From: Stylophora pistillata
Lineage: Eukaryota
Assembly (NCBI RefSeq): GCF_002571385.2
Contig: NW_019218638.1
Span: forward strand, 27,025 to 91,024
DNA length: 64,000 nt
Reading direction: 5' to 3'
Shown: in pieces, positions 62,275-64,000 of the stretch
Layout: each line of letters opens with the position of its first letter
Position numbering within the stretch: position 1 is the stretch's first letter
Made by a program: the position numbers and the translations under genes
Notes under the pieces: model-generated
What the model saw: only the letters and a program-made list of their open reading frames with translations
Database searches by the model: none
Told to the model about the DNA's origin: nothing

Positions 62275-64000
62275 AGTGCCACTAAAATCAAATATTCAAA
62301 GTTTAATAAAATTGCATTTTTTGAAACCTCGTGTTGGACTCACTCACTAGTCCAAATCGTTTTTTAATCAGAGCACGGAAGTCTGTTTTTTCGGAGCGTA
62401 TTTTGCCATCTTTTGCTGTCCGCCATCAATGAAACGCGTTCCGACCGAGTAAGTGGAAATGACGTCAGATTCTCAACTCGAAAAACACACACGGCTAATT
62501 TCAATAGAGCCGCGTGCAAGAAAACCTCTAACTTGCAATGCTATAAAGTAACCCTCTAACTTGCAATGCTATAAAATACTCTGCTTGGAAAATAATGGAT
62601 AGGTGACAGAATAAGCTCTCGAGTCGACGACACTATGATTCTCTAAAGCGATGTGGATTATGGACCTAAAGTGAAAACAGTTACGGGAAAGTTTAGTGAT
62701 ATTTTCCTGTAGAAGTTTAAGCATATTTATTCGTTGTTTTCGGAATTTTAGCGTTCACAATTTATGCGAGTTTCTTTTATTGCGGTGTTTTAAAAAGATA
62801 AAAAGCCACAAGTAAATTTTGAATAGCCAAGTTAAATTGTAAAGCTGCATCTCGGTACTTTTGTTGTTCGTTCTTTGTGAAATTTTGGGTAAATATAAGT
62901 GTTAATGGTCTTTCTGGAAAAAAATTGGTTCTATGGTAGTTAGTAGCTGAGTTAAACTCTTAATTTTAATTTCCTTTCATACGATAGTTTCTACACCAAC
63001 CTTGCATGGATAAGCAGAAACTTTTAATTACTTTTCCACTCTTATTTCCTAAGCTGCGCTATTGCAATTAAGATAGGTATATTTTCTATACCAGAACTGT
63101 GAATTCTCTCCTAAGTTCCTATTTTTAATGACCTCGTGTTGATTGTATCCGTCCTTTTGATTTAAAATTCTTTTCGAAGCAGAAACAGATGGGAATATTT
63201 AAGTAGTTTTCGTTTAACTTCAAAGAGATCTCTACCGCTTCTTTCGTTATGCTGTTTAAATGTGGTCGATTTGGATAACAATAGCACTTCACTGCAGTTC
63301 GCGTAGTGTTTGCTTCCTGGTTTCTCCAAAATTTTGACTTTGCGTAGGCACGTGTTACACTTCGGTGTCGATGGGTTAACTTCCAAATAATTTGTAATAC
63401 CGTTCAAAATTTCTTCAGTCCTAACTACAAGCCTGCCAGACTTAGAGGTAATCTAATAACTATTAGCAAATTCACACTAGTACAGAACAGTCAGAAATGG
63501 GTATGGCACTACCTACTCGGTACATTTTAACTTTGTATAAGACAAACTCCAAGTAGGCTGAATTGCATAGTAATTATGATCTCGATCTGTTTATTTATAA
63601 ACTTACTCTCCCTCTGCTCTTTCTCCTAGTGTCAGCATAGTAGTATACGATTTTTTAGACCTTGTTTTTAAACCAATACCAGCAGTTTGTAGCACCCTTC
63701 TGTTCAAACAAACACTTTCAAATCCTGAGTGATGTGTAATACAATGAAATGGTTGACATCAATGTCTTGAACAAACACTTCAATCAAAGCAAAAAGCCGG
63801 TATCAATACTTATATAAACTTAAAGAAAACTTCCCAACGAGAGCCTATCTACAAATCATTCTCTGACGTCGACTTCACCAGAGAATCTTCTGAGAAGATG
63901 TTACTCTTGTTCTTCCTCTACAGCGACTTGCATGCGGCGTCTTGCTCAGCTTCTTCTTCATTTGCGATCGGCTCGACACTTTCGTCATATAGTGCAAAAT
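62275..64000 (-). mobile_element. Kolobok-type transposon end with a degenerate KolX/P2X7-C-terminal-like gene remnant (runs off the window)
   Basis: Begins at TTAA|AGTGCC just where similarity to the paralogous block stops. The minus strand encodes YDESVEPIANEEEAEQ (about 63980-63930) and CITHHSGFESVCLNRRVLQTA (about 63745-63680). Confidence 0.6.

Overview
This is AT-rich, intron-containing animal DNA from a draft assembly with several N gaps. The repeat and gene content suggests a stony coral (inference). Host genes read by hand: a minus-strand GT4 glycosyltransferase gene with a TRADD-N-like exon that runs off the left edge; an intronless FITM gene head-to-head with two tandem TK2/dNK-family kinase genes; a 10-exon CCDC90B/MCUR1 gene with a decayed copy in a segmental duplication of about 7-8 kb; and an intronless class A GPCR. 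Mobile DNA is dense. The clearest element is an apparently intact 5.06-kb ISL2EU-type transposon with a THAP-DDE transposase and a SWIM-YqaJ nuclease. Each of its roughly 390-bp TIRs carries the start codon, a 16-nt first exon and the splice donor of one of the two convergent genes. Also present are a possible distant RAG1/Transib-like relic, an orphan-ORF element, a Kolobok-type relic with a P2X7-ballast-like (KolX) segment, Harbinger and hAT5-like MITEs, SINEs, LINE fragments and Penelope-type minimal hammerhead motifs. All exon models and family assignments come from reading the sequence by eye; no searches were run.
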